Shown here piece after piece: positions 45,216 through 54,448 of a stretch of DNA of 64,000 nt (the stretch's first letter is position 1; each line of letters begins with the position of its first letter). The DNA comes from Candidatus Woesearchaeota archaeon (GTDB lineage Archaea; Nanobdellota; Nanobdellia; Pacearchaeales; GW2011-AR1), in the NCBI GenBank assembly GCA_964514585.1, contig CAZETU010000004.1, positions 22,726 through 86,725 of the forward strand. The letters are read 5' to 3'. The notes under the pieces were generated by a model that was not told the origin of the DNA, made no database searches, and saw nothing but the letters and a program-made list of their open reading frames with translations. The translations under genes were made by a program, and so were the position numbers.

Positions 45216-46565
45216 TTAATTTAAAAGACTTCCGCTAAGAAAAAATCCATTCAACCAATCATTAAATCTAGTCCACCATGACTTCCCAACAAATTCAGTA
45301 TCCTTATATTTTTCCTCACAAGAAATACAACTACCTCCACAATCAACGCCCTCCTCGGCACCGTTCATTAGCCCATCAAAGCACTCATCGCAGTAAAGAC
45401 TATTATCCTCATCGTCCAAACGAATGTTTAAAGACGGATTGTCCTCAGAACCCTCATTGATACGAGCAATCAGCTTACCGTCCAATTTATTATAAACCCC
45501 AATAAAACCAACACCACACTTCACAAACCTATCAGTATAAATATCAATACTAACAGAACAAGTCTTACTCTCCTCTTTTCCAGGAACACAAGAATTTTCA
45601 TCAACACAAATCCTGGATTTAACACCAGTAAGCTCTTGAATCTGATCCAAAGAATCCAAATCATCAAAAGTATAATCAACATTACAAATAGTCCAATCCC
45701 CACACTGAACATCTGGAACGCAATCCTTGCTAACATCACACTCCAATTTCTTAGGAATCTTAAAACTCGTCCCACATTTATTCAAATCAACACAAGTAGG
45801 TGTAACATAACCACCATTACACTCAGACCACTCACACTGCCAATCTTCAACACAAGCACCATCGCAATAACGGACACTGTCCGGAACATCCGTAGGAATA
45901 AAACAATCTTTTTTATCCTCGCAAGATCTCCTTTGAACCCCATCAACACATTCCTCCCAATTGCTACAATCCCAATTAGAGGCACACTGTGATTTCCATA
46001 TTCTTTCCCTATCAACAATATCCAAAGAAAAAATATCAGAAGTCTGATCTATAAGACGAACAATATCAATAAAATCCTCAACTCCCACTCCAGGCAACGG
46101 ACTTATAGTAACATCAAAATCATCACCATGGATACCAGTCGGACAATATGTAACAAATAACCTTCTAGAATTCTCACAAACAGGCTTAGAAAAATCTTTT
46201 TTAACCGTCAAAACAACATCAATGTTCTGAGGATTTTTCAAGGCAGGAATTTTATAAGCTCCAACATCACTTCGGTCAGGAACATCGTCCAACTTATATG
46301 ATTGCCCCGCCTCGTCAAAAAACGAAACCTTCAACTGATTTATTTCGTAAGGATCCTGTGCTCTCTTAAGCTTCAAAAAAATATTCTTAGAATAAGCATC
46401 GTAACAAGCATCGTAAACAAAACTAGGATCATTATTCACATCAACACACTTCTCTTCTGGCGATGCCGGCTCGCCAAAAAACAAATCAAAAAGAAAAACA
46501 GAAAAAATAGCTACAATTACCAATAAGATAAGCATATTTAACAAGCCAAAAAATTTCCTTCTCAT
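45216..46565 (-). CDS. Membrane-anchored Cys-rich surface protein with WxCxxWxxC (TSP1-like) repeats
   Basis: N-terminal TM; CASNWDCSNWEEC, CVEDWQCEWSEC, CGDWTIC; CFDGLMNGAEEGVDCGGSC module. Confidence 0.8.
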   Translation of the reverse strand: MRRKFFGLLNMLILLVIVAIFSVFLFDLFFGEPASPEEKCVDVNNDPSFVYDACYDAYSKNIFLKLKRAQDPYEINQLKVSFFDEAGQSYKLDDVPDRSDVGAYKIPALKNPQNIDVVLTVKKDFSKPVCENSRRLFVTYCPTGIHGDDFDVTISPLPGVGVEDFIDIVRLIDQTSDIFSLDIVDRERIWKSQCASNWDCSNWEECVDGVQRRSCEDKKDCFIPTDVPDSVRYCDGACVEDWQCEWSECNGGYVTPTCVDLNKCGTSFKIPKKLECDVSKDCVPDVQCGDWTICNVDYTFDDLDSLDQIQELTGVKSRICVDENSCVPGKEESKTCSVSIDIYTDRFVKCGVGFIGVYNKLDGKLIARINEGSEDNPSLNIRLDDEDNSLYCDECFDGLMNGAEEGVDCGGSCISCEEKYKDTEFVGKSWWTRFNDWLNGFFLSGSLLN

Positions 46566-47659
46566 CTAAACCCCAACCTTCCCAGAAGGCCTTTCCTCCT
46601 TTTAACTCTAACGGCCATAAGCCTAGCACGCCTTTCTTCATCCATTTCCCTTCTATTAAACATTTCTGGATTATTTATTTCCATCGCTTTCTCTCTTTCA
46701 AACGCAATCCTGGCTTCTCGAGACTTTTCCTTAGCAGCCCTAGCCCTCAAATTCCTTCTTCTCTTGGCCTCAGCACGAGCAGCCCGTTCTTTCTCTTTAA
46801 TCTCACGAGAATAATCCTTAGCAATTTTCTTATCAACAACAACATCAATCTTCCTCTTGTTACCAACACTCAAAATCTTCTCACGAGTCTCACGAGTCTT
46901 ACGCAACTTCTCATTCTCCAACTCCAACTTCTTCATCTTCTCTACTAACTCTTTCTCCAACCTTTCTCTCTCCTTAGAAATATCCTCATGCCCAGTAGCA
47001 ACTTTCACTTTCTTATCCTCATGATGCTTCCTAATCCAACCACCTTTCTTGAAAACAGAAAACAAAGACTCATGCTCCTCCTCAACCTCTTTCCTCTTCT
47101 CAACCTTCTTCTCAACAGGCTTAGACTTAGAAACAAGTTTTTTAGAACCCTTACCACTGCCAAACAATTTATCAACCTTGCCAAAAAAAGAAACAGGAAC
47201 AACCTGATCAGTCTGTTCTTTTTGCTGAGCTGCAATAATAAGCAAATTCGCAAGCAACCTAATTCTTTGATCGGTCAATTCACCCTTAGAATAATAAGTA
47301 TCAAACATCGCTTTACAAAACTCAAGATCTTTCTCCTCTTTATTTTTTTCAAAATTTTCAATTAAAGCAGAATAGGTAGAATTCAACGGTGTTCCAAAAG
47401 TTTGCTTAAAGTATTTCTTAGCAGCCCCATTAATAATTTCCAATTTCTCCCTCGCAGATTTATTAGACAAAACCTTCTTTCTCATTTTCTCGACGGGAGA
47501 TTCTTCAGACAATTTTTGAACAAGAACAGCCTTCTTTCTTTTCAACATAATTTCAACAAAAGTAAGGATCGCTGCCACAAAAATCGCGACTAACAAAAAG
47601 CCCAGTAAAAACTTCAGACGACTGTCAAACATCAACGGAATCAATGAATACCACCCCAT
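46562..47659 (-). CDS. Membrane-anchored Lys/Glu/Arg-rich hypothetical protein
   Basis: N-terminal TM, helical domain, charged coiled-coil tail. Confidence 0.75.
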   Translation of the reverse strand: MGWYSLIPLMFDSRLKFLLGFLLVAIFVAAILTFVEIMLKRKKAVLVQKLSEESPVEKMRKKVLSNKSAREKLEIINGAAKKYFKQTFGTPLNSTYSALIENFEKNKEEKDLEFCKAMFDTYYSKGELTDQRIRLLANLLIIAAQQKEQTDQVVPVSFFGKVDKLFGSGKGSKKLVSKSKPVEKKVEKRKEVEEEHESLFSVFKKGGWIRKHHEDKKVKVATGHEDISKERERLEKELVEKMKKLELENEKLRKTRETREKILSVGNKRKIDVVVDKKIAKDYSREIKEKERAARAEAKRRRNLRARAAKEKSREARIAFEREKAMEINNPEMFNRREMDEERRARLMAVRVKRRKGLLGRLGFR

Positions 47660-47750
47660 AAAAACTATACAACATTTGTATATAAAAAGGTTACTTAATC
47701 CCGAACATAAAAAACTAAATCTTTAAAAACTATGGTCATCGAATAAAGAC

Positions 47751-47996
47751 ATGGTAAACGGAATCGAAAGACCTTTGGATTTGCTGAATTCGGCAAAAGG
47801 TAAAGAGATTTTAGTGCAGCTGAAAACTGGCAAACAATTTGTCGGAACTTTGCTCGCATTCGACATCCACATCAACGTGGTTCTCGACAACGCGAAAGAA
47901 GTTGAAAACGGAGAACAAACAACGAGCTACGGCTTGACGTTTCTAAGAGGAGATACAATTATCTTCATCTCACCGTCATCAGCGGCTAAAGCTTAA
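47751..47996 (+). CDS. Sm-like archaeal protein (SmAP/Lsm)
   Basis: RPLDLL, GTLLAFDIHINVVLDNA, LRGDTII. Confidence 0.94.
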   Translation: MVNGIERPLDLLNSAKGKEILVQLKTGKQFVGTLLAFDIHINVVLDNAKEVENGEQTTSYGLTFLRGDTIIFISPSSAAKA

Positions 47997-48103
47997 ATGA
48001 GCGTTTTATCCGATTAATTTCGCAGGATAAGAATTCTCAAAACTTTACAACTAGTCTTAACTCTAAAAGAATAATCTAAACTAAACATAGTCACAACTTT
48101 AAG

Positions 48104-48301
48104 CTACTTTCTAAGCTTCAAAAACAAACCCAATATACCAATCAACAAAAACATCACACCAAGAAGAGAACTTCCAGAAAAAGAAGACCCACCAATAACA
48201 TTACCAGTAATATTTATACCAACAATAACAATCCCCGCTCCAATAAAAAAAAGAAAAATTATCAAAGTAAAATACGCAACCAAAAATCCATTCTTAGCCA
48301 T
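48104..48301 (-). CDS. Small two-TM membrane protein, paralog 1
   Basis: TM-GINITGNVIG-TM-FLKLRK. Confidence 0.75.
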   Translation of the reverse strand: MAKNGFLVAYFTLIIFLFFIGAGIVIVGINITGNVIGGSSFSGSSLLGVMFLLIGILGLFLKLRK

Positions 48302-48368
48302 AACAAACAATACCTAAACAATTATTTAAATTCTCCTAAAAGTCCAAACAAACATAATTTATTTAAAA

Positions 48369-48632
48369 TCACTTTCTAAATCTCAAAAATAACCCCAATG
48401 CACCAATCAACAAAAATATAATACCAATAAGAGAGTTCCCAGAAAGAGAAGATTCTCTAACGACATTCCCAGTAATATTTGAACCAACAATAAAGACCCC
48501 AACCCCAAAAAAAACGAGAAGAATTGTCATAGAAAAATATTTTTTTACAGGAGCCTCTTGTCTCTTAGCCTCCGCTGCAACATAACTATCAATCGAAACA
48601 TTCTCACTATTAGATTCCGATCCCCCAACCAT
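48369..48632 (-). CDS. Small two-TM membrane protein, paralog 2
   Basis: DYVAAE.K.QE...TM-SNITGNVV-TM-FLRFRK. Confidence 0.78.
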   Translation of the reverse strand: MVGGSESNSENVSIDSYVAAEAKRQEAPVKKYFSMTILLVFFGVGVFIVGSNITGNVVRESSLSGNSLIGIIFLLIGALGLFLRFRK

Positions 48633-48667
48633 AGCAAACAACACCCAAACAATTATTTAAATTTTCC

Positions 48668-48716
48668 TAAAACGAATCTCATACAAATCCTCAACAACTC
48701 GCACATTCTCAAAAAA
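48668..48716 (-). repeat. Duplicated 3' end of the RNase Z gene
   Basis: ctaaaacga(a)atctcat.caaatcctcaacaactcgcacattctcaaaaa recurs at ~49224-49273. Confidence 0.88.
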
Positions 48717-48721
48717 TAACC

Positions 48722-49189
48722 TCAATTTCTAAGTTTCAAAAACAAACCTAATATCCCAATCAACAAAAACATAATACCAATAAGAGAACTGCCCGAGAAA
48801 GAAGACTCTCCGACAACATTCCCAGTAATATTCACTCCAAAAATAGAAACACCAAGTCCTACAAAAATAAGAAAAACCGCCGTAGGAAAATATCTCCTTA
48901 AAGAACTCTCTTGCCCCTTAATCTCTGCCGCGACATAATCACCGATTGAACGCTGCCATCCTTGAGATTCTAGATACGCCTTCGAAGTATCATATCCAGC
49001 CCTAATACTTTCTGCACTCAATTTATTAAGCACTACCTCCTTGGGCATCTCATTCCTTTTCGCAACAACTGCCATTCTATCTCTAACATTAGCAGCCTTC
49101 TCTTTTTTTCCTTCATCAAAAGCCGTTCTAGCCTCAATATCCATATCAGCCAATTGATCTTCAATAGACTCCCTCTTTCCTTTAGCCAT
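48722..49189 (-). CDS. Two-TM membrane protein with helical N-domain, paralog 3
   Basis: Longest copy; same C-terminal module TM-VNITGNVVG-TM-FLKLRN. Confidence 0.8.
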   Translation of the reverse strand: MAKGKRESIEDQLADMDIEARTAFDEGKKEKAANVRDRMAVVAKRNEMPKEVVLNKLSAESIRAGYDTSKAYLESQGWQRSIGDYVAAEIKGQESSLRRYFPTAVFLIFVGLGVSIFGVNITGNVVGESSFSGSSLIGIMFLLIGILGLFLKLRN

Positions 49190-49223
49190 AACAAACAATA
49201 CTCAAACAATTATTTAAATTCTT

Positions 49224-50132
49224 CTAAAACGAAATCTCATCCAAATCCTCAACAACTCGCACATTCTCAAAAACTTCTTTAGCCTCGTTCAAAATCACCT
49301 TAGGAATCTCATCATACCTCTGACTCAAATGAACCAAAACCAAACTCTTAACTTTAGCTTTCTTAGCAATTTTCGCCGCATCAACAGAAGTCAAATGTCC
49401 ATGCTCCGTCGCAATCTCCTGCTCTTCAACAGAATGATTCGCTTCACTGACCAAGACATCTGCCCCTTTAGCCAAACTAATAACCCTATCATTCTTCCGA
49501 GTATCCGTTACAAAAGCAACCTTTCTAGAATCTTCCTTGTACAGCAGTTTCTTCCCGTCAACTTTCTTCCCGTCAATTGTAACAGTTTTTCCCTTAACCA
49601 GCTCAGCTACCAATGGAGAATTCGGAATCTTCAACTTCTTCAACTTATCCTTATCCAACCGAGTCTTTTCCTTAACAGTAAAAGAATAATTCAAAGCAGA
49701 ACAATCATGATCAGCCTCAACAGCCTCGATAAAAAACTCATCATTCTCAAAAACAACTCCTGCCCCCACCTCCTTAACAACGACATCAAGCTTCTGTCCA
49801 CTCAAAGGAACCAAATCAAAATATTGCCTAACCTTCTCACTAGTTCCCTTCGGCCCATAAATTTCCAACTTCTTATTATAACCATTCATCATCATTGTCA
49901 TCCAAAGCCCAGGCAAACCCAAAACATGATCCCCATGCCAATGAGTAATCAAAATCTTAGTAATTTTACAAGGATTCAACTTAGCCTTCCGAAACTGCCG
50001 CTGCGTCCCCTCCCCACAATCAATCAAAATATTCTCCGCCTTAAACTGCAGAAGCATAGCTAAGTGATTCCGCCGCGCCGTAGGAATAGCACTCCCAGTT
50101 CCAAGGAAAGTCAAACTAATTTTCTCTACCAT
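49224..50132 (-). CDS. rnz: Ribonuclease Z
   Basis: FLGTGSAIP, IDCGEGTQRQ, ITHWHGDHVLG, FVTDT, SEAN, HGHLT, LVHLSQRY. Confidence 0.96.
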   Translation of the reverse strand: MVEKISLTFLGTGSAIPTARRNHLAMLLQFKAENILIDCGEGTQRQFRKAKLNPCKITKILITHWHGDHVLGLPGLWMTMMMNGYNKKLEIYGPKGTSEKVRQYFDLVPLSGQKLDVVVKEVGAGVVFENDEFFIEAVEADHDCSALNYSFTVKEKTRLDKDKLKKLKIPNSPLVAELVKGKTVTIDGKKVDGKKLLYKEDSRKVAFVTDTRKNDRVISLAKGADVLVSEANHSVEEQEIATEHGHLTSVDAAKIAKKAKVKSLVLVHLSQRYDEIPKVILNEAKEVFENVRVVEDLDEISF

Positions 50133-50203
50133 AAAATTATATAACTTCTTCCCTTATAACACTTATGAAACAAATTAAAAAATACAAATCTATAAATCCA
50201 TTA

Positions 50204-50452
50204 TCACGCAACAAGATACTTATAGAAAAAAAAACCAAAGCCAACCAAAAATAATATTAAACGTATAATCCAGGACATTACACCATGATAAAATACTTTA
50301 GGATTTTCATGCTTATATACACCATGAAATCCCCATAAACCAAGTGTCACATAACTTTTCCTTATTATCTTAAAATAAATATGATAAATTGGAATCAACG
50401 ATAAAACAGCAAATATAATTGCAATTGACAAAAATGGAGGTTCTATAACCAT
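50204..50452 (-). CDS. Small membrane protein
   Basis: 82 aa with two hydrophobic segments. Confidence 0.6.
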   Translation of the reverse strand: MVIEPPFLSIAIIFAVLSLIPIYHIYFKIIRKSYVTLGLWGFHGVYKHENPKVFYHGVMSWIIRLILFLVGFGFFFYKYLVA

Positions 50453-50512
50453 AACTATTATTAAACAAATTACACTTATATATCTATAGCCAAATCACTA
50501 AAATCTATCAAA

Positions 50513-50583
50513 AGCAGGTACTGGGATTCGCACCCAGGATCAGCGGGTTGCAGCCGCTTGCCTTACTGCTTGGCTATACCTGC
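50513..50583 (-). tRNA. tRNA-Cys(GCA)
   Basis: GCAGGTA/TACCTGC acceptor, U73 discriminator, AGCGG-CTGCAAC-CCGCT anticodon arm; T loop TGCGAAT. Confidence 0.93.
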
Positions 50584-50620
50584 ACAAATAAATAGAAACA
50601 AACTAGTTTTAAAATCATTC

Positions 50621-50747
50621 GGTACTGGGATTCGCACCCAGGATTAGTGCGGTTGTAGAAAAAATTTCGCTTCGAGCAAAAAACTCAAAATAATATTTTG
50701 CGAGATGCAAAATTTTTTAGCTTGCCTTACTACTTGGCTACCCCTGC
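50621..50747 (-). pseudogene. Degenerate tRNA-Cys copy interrupted by a 61-nt palindromic insert
   Basis: 5' half GCAGGGGTAGCCAAGTAGTAAGGCAAGC and 3' half CTACAAC...CCTGGGTGCGAATCCCAGTACC flank the insert at 50659-50719; the acceptor 3' strand is broken. Confidence 0.88.
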
Positions 50748-50786
50748 ACAGAAAACTGAAATAAATAATTCTTTTAAACTTATCTA

Positions 50787-50861
50787 CGCGCCCGACAGGA
50801 TTTGAACCTGCGACCCCTTACTTAGAAGGCAAGTGCTCTATCCAGGCTGAGCTACGGGCGC
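50787..50861 (-). tRNA. tRNA-Arg(UCU)
   Basis: GCGCCCG/CGGGCGC acceptor, CTTGC-CTTCTAA-GTAAG anticodon arm, GGTTCAAATCC. Confidence 0.97.
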
Positions 50862-50938
50862 CTGAAATTAAAACCTAAAAATCTTATATAAAGTTATCCA
50901 ATCCCAATTTTTATAAACCTTCACGCCTCTCTATAGCC

Positions 50939-52393
50939 ATGACACTAACAATAGACGAAATGGCAAATTTCTGTAAAAGAAAAGGATTCATCTACCCATC
51001 CGCAGAAATCTACGGCGGACTAGCAGGATTCTGGGACTTCGGACCATTAGGAAGCGAATTAAAAAAGAACATCAAAGACTCATGGTGGAAATACCACGTT
51101 CACACAAGAGAAGACATGGTTGGAATCGACGGTGCAATAATCACAAACCCAAAAGTATGGGAAGCCTCAGGCCACGTTGAAAATTTCTGCGATGTAGCAG
51201 TAGTTTGCAAAAAATGCAAAAACAAATTTAAAGTCGACGAATCAGAACTTGAAAAAGCAGTCTGCGATAAATGCGGCGGAGAAATAGAATCAAAAGGAAA
51301 GTTCAACCCAATGTTCACAACACAAGTCGGCCCAATCGAAGACGACTCGATAACAACATACTTAAGACCCGAAACAGCCCAACTAATTTTCACAAACTTC
51401 AAACTAGTCCAAGAAAACGCAAGACTAAAACTCCCATTCGGAATCGCCCAAATCGGAAAATCATTCAGAAACGAAATCGCCCCACGAAACTTCATCTTCA
51501 GATCACGAGAATTCGAACAAATGGAAATTGAATATTTCATCAACCCAGACAAAAAAACAGAATGTCCAGGCAATACTTGCATCGGAGAATTCGAATTAAA
51601 CATATATTCAGCAGAAATGCAAGAAAAAAACCAAGAGCCGAAAAAAATGACAATCAAAGAAGCCCTAAAGAAAAAAATTATTGCACTGCCTTGGCACGCA
51701 TACTGGCTTTCAACTGAACTAAGTTGGTTTTACAATCTCGGAGCAAATCCAGAAAATTTCAGAGTCAGACAACACCTCAAAGACGAAAAATCGCACTACT
51801 CAACAGACACCTGGGACATAGAATACAAATTCCCATTCGGCTGGAAAGAACTACAAGGAATCGCAGATCGAGGAACTTACGACCTAAATGCCCACCAAGA
51901 AAAATCAAAAAAATCAATGGAAATAATGGACGACGAATCAAGCAAAAAAATCCTACCAATGGTCGTCGCAGAACCTTCCCTTGGATTAGAACGAGCATTC
52001 CTAGTATTCATGTTCGACGCCTACACAACAGGAGAAAAAGATAATACCATCTTAAAATTAAACCCAAAACTCTCACCCATAAAAGCAGCAATTTTCCCAT
52101 TAGTAAGAAAAGATAAAAAACTAGTAGAACTGGCAAAAAATATTTACAAAGAGTTGAAAGAAGAATGGAATGTTGTATATGATGAATCAGGATCAGTCGG
52201 AAGAAGATATGCAAGAAACGACGAAATCGGAACTCCATTTTGCATAACCACCGACAGTGACTCAATCATAAACAACGACGCAACAATCAGAAACAGAAAC
52301 ACAGGTGAACAAAAGAGGGTTTCAATAGAAAATATCAAAAACACTCTAAGAAAATTAATCTCAGGCGAAATAGAATTCACTTCACCACAATAA
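50939..52393 (+). CDS. glyS: Glycine--tRNA ligase (alpha2, archaeal/eukaryotic type)
   Basis: YGGLAGFWDFGPLG, YLRPETAQ, FRNEIAPRNFIFRSREFEQME, ELQGIADR, EPSLG, anticodon domain SVGRRYARNDEIGTPFC. Confidence 0.97.
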   Translation: MTLTIDEMANFCKRKGFIYPSAEIYGGLAGFWDFGPLGSELKKNIKDSWWKYHVHTREDMVGIDGAIITNPKVWEASGHVENFCDVAVVCKKCKNKFKVDESELEKAVCDKCGGEIESKGKFNPMFTTQVGPIEDDSITTYLRPETAQLIFTNFKLVQENARLKLPFGIAQIGKSFRNEIAPRNFIFRSREFEQMEIEYFINPDKKTECPGNTCIGEFELNIYSAEMQEKNQEPKKMTIKEALKKKIIALPWHAYWLSTELSWFYNLGANPENFRVRQHLKDEKSHYSTDTWDIEYKFPFGWKELQGIADRGTYDLNAHQEKSKKSMEIMDDESSKKILPMVVAEPSLGLERAFLVFMFDAYTTGEKDNTILKLNPKLSPIKAAIFPLVRKDKKLVELAKNIYKELKEEWNVVYDESGSVGRRYARNDEIGTPFCITTDSDSIINNDATIRNRNTGEQKRVSIENIKNTLRKLISGEIEFTSPQ

Positions 52394-52423
52394 TTCTTAA
52401 AAACCTCAATTCATTAAAAAAAT

Positions 52424-52597
52424 ATGACACTTGACACACTAGGAGAAGGAGACGAAGGACAATTGGATGAATTTATACAACCCCATATTATAGCTAGAGT
52501 AAAACCAGGAACAGAAATGTCAGTCCAGCCAGGATACCCAAACATACCAAGAAGTGGCGGCGGAGACCCAGACCTTAACGATTACACTCTACAATAA
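52424..52597 (+). CDS. Unannotated 57-aa acidic Gly/Pro-rich protein
   Basis: Hand translation MTLDTLGEGDEGQLDEFIQPHIIARVKPGTEMSVQPGYPNIPRSGGGDPDLNDYTLQ; fills the glyS-minD gap with plus-strand codon style. Confidence 0.6.
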   Translation: MTLDTLGEGDEGQLDEFIQPHIIARVKPGTEMSVQPGYPNIPRSGGGDPDLNDYTLQ

Positions 52598-52639
52598 TTT
52601 TATATACTTCTCAAACGTCATCAATATTAGGTGATAAAA

Positions 52640-53440
52640 ATGACAAACGTTCTAGCATTTGTTTCAATTAAAGGAGGAGTAGGAAAAACAACTCTAGCTC
52701 TAGAAACAGCCTCGGCATTAGCAAACAAATTCAACAAAAGGGTACTTCTTGTCGATGCAAATTTCTCAGCCCCAAATATCGGATTATATCTCGACCTAGC
52801 AAACGAAACAACACTTCACGACGCACTAAACGGCACACTACTCCACAATGCAATCTACGAAGCACACGGAGTAGACATAATACCAGCATCAATGTACTAT
52901 CACGAAGAAGTTGACACATTCAAACTAAAAAAAATTCTTGAAAAATTCAAAACCCGATACGACTTCATAATACTCGACTCATCGCCAAACTATGAAGAAC
53001 TAAAACCAGTAATGGCCGCAGCAGACAAAATATTCATCGTAACCTCCCCCGATAACGTAACACTAACAACTTCTCTAAAAGCTGCAAACCTAGCCAAAGA
53101 ACAAAACACGCCAATCGAAGGAATCATCGTCAATAAAATCCGAAGCCCAAAACACGAATACAACATAAATGAAATAGAAATAATATCCGATATTCCCGTA
53201 ATGGCAAAAATAAGAGATCATAAAAAAATGGTACACGCACTGCATGCAAAAACTCCAATAACAATTCTCGATCCAAACAACATAGTATCAAAAGAAATTC
53301 AAAAATTCTCCTCAGCAATATGCGGAATACCAGAAGAAGAAAGATGGTTCCAGAAATTAATCCCGGCAAAAAACATTGTTCAAAAAGAAAAGGTCAACCG
53401 AGAATTCTTAAGACAAAAATTCTACGAATCCCAACTCTAA
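52640..53440 (+). CDS. minD: MinD/ParA-family ATPase
   Basis: Deviant Walker A KGGVGKTT, LLVDAN, IILDSSP. Confidence 0.85.
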   Translation: MTNVLAFVSIKGGVGKTTLALETASALANKFNKRVLLVDANFSAPNIGLYLDLANETTLHDALNGTLLHNAIYEAHGVDIIPASMYYHEEVDTFKLKKILEKFKTRYDFIILDSSPNYEELKPVMAAADKIFIVTSPDNVTLTTSLKAANLAKEQNTPIEGIIVNKIRSPKHEYNINEIEIISDIPVMAKIRDHKKMVHALHAKTPITILDPNNIVSKEIQKFSSAICGIPEEERWFQKLIPAKNIVQKEKVNREFLRQKFYESQL

Positions 53441-53524
53441 AATCGCGAAATCTATGTATCCGAGAATTAAGGACACTACAATTTACATCACCACCATAAG
53501 CCACAAACGGAAAAGCAAAGCTTT

Positions 53525-54448
53525 TTACGGTACTACCTTAAATCTCAAATTATAAAGAATCCACAAAATTGTAAACAAAGCTATAGCTATTAACAATAAA
53601 TAAAAACTCAAATCTATTGTAACCATTTTATTAGTTTCATCAATCAAAGAAGAAAGTAAACTTTTCATCCCACTAGAATCCTCAGCCCTAAAAAACTCTC
53701 CCCCACTATTATAAGACAAAGACTTCAAAAAATCCTCATCAACCTTAGAAACAGTATTAAACCCAGACATTCCCCCTTCCTCTGTCCCAACAGCGACGGT
53801 ATTAACAATTATATTATTACGATTAATAAAACGAATAATCTGCGGGGCATCCCCAACATTCAACTGTCCATCGCTAATCAAAATAACAGACTTCATCTGC
53901 CTATTCTCAAAAAGCTCATCAGCAGCAATCAAGGCATTGTAAATATTTGTCCCCTGAACCTCTCCAAATTCAACAGTATCCAAAGCCATTTTAGCCTTTA
54001 CCTTTGAAGTATCAAGCGGCTGCAAAATAGTAGCATCTCCAGAAAAACCTATCACACCTATCTCAACACCAAAAGGCAAAGAATCAATAAAATACTTGGC
54101 CGCATCTTTAGCTGCAACAAAACGGCTAGGAGCAACATCGGCAGTCTTCATGCTCTCCGAAGTATCAATCGCAACCACATATGAAAAAGCACTCGTATCA
54201 ACATTAAAAGAGACCGACGTCCCCGCCAAAGTAAAAATCAACAAAATTACAATAAACAAATTCAAATACAACGCCAAAAAATTCTTAGAAAAAAATTCAA
54301 CATCATAAAATCGCTCCATCGCCTCAAAATTGGCAAAAACCATCGCCTTTTTTTTATTATAGATAATACTAAAAAAGTAAACAAAAACAAAAAACGGAAC
54401 CAACAAAAACAACAACAAAAACTTTGGATAAAGAAACGTAAGATCCAT
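53525..54448 (-). CDS. vWA-domain membrane protein (BatA-like)
   Basis: N-terminal TMs, MIDAS DTSES, GTNI, ILISDG, C-terminal TM. Confidence 0.9.
   Translation of the reverse strand: MDLTFLYPKFLLLFLLVPFFVFVYFFSIIYNKKKAMVFANFEAMERFYDVEFFSKNFLALYLNLFIVILLIFTLAGTSVSFNVDTSAFSYVVAIDTSESMKTADVAPSRFVAAKDAAKYFIDSLPFGVEIGVIGFSGDATILQPLDTSKVKAKMALDTVEFGEVQGTNIYNALIAADELFENRQMKSVILISDGQLNVGDAPQIIRFINRNNIIVNTVAVGTEEGGMSGFNTVSKVDEDFLKSLSYNSGGEFFRAEDSSGMKSLLSSLIDETNKMVTIDLSFYLLLIAIALFTILWILYNLRFKVVP

Noticed and set aside
48008-48033. Hairpin ttatcc...ggataa after the Sm gene
   Set aside because: Short 6-bp stem between convergent genes, consistent with an ordinary 3' end.
50659-50719. Insert read as a canonical spliceable intron of a functional tRNA-Cys
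   Set aside because: It is not at 37/38, no clear bulge-helix-bulge could be drawn by eye, and the acceptor and anticodon stems of the copy are broken. Kept as a pseudogene finding instead.
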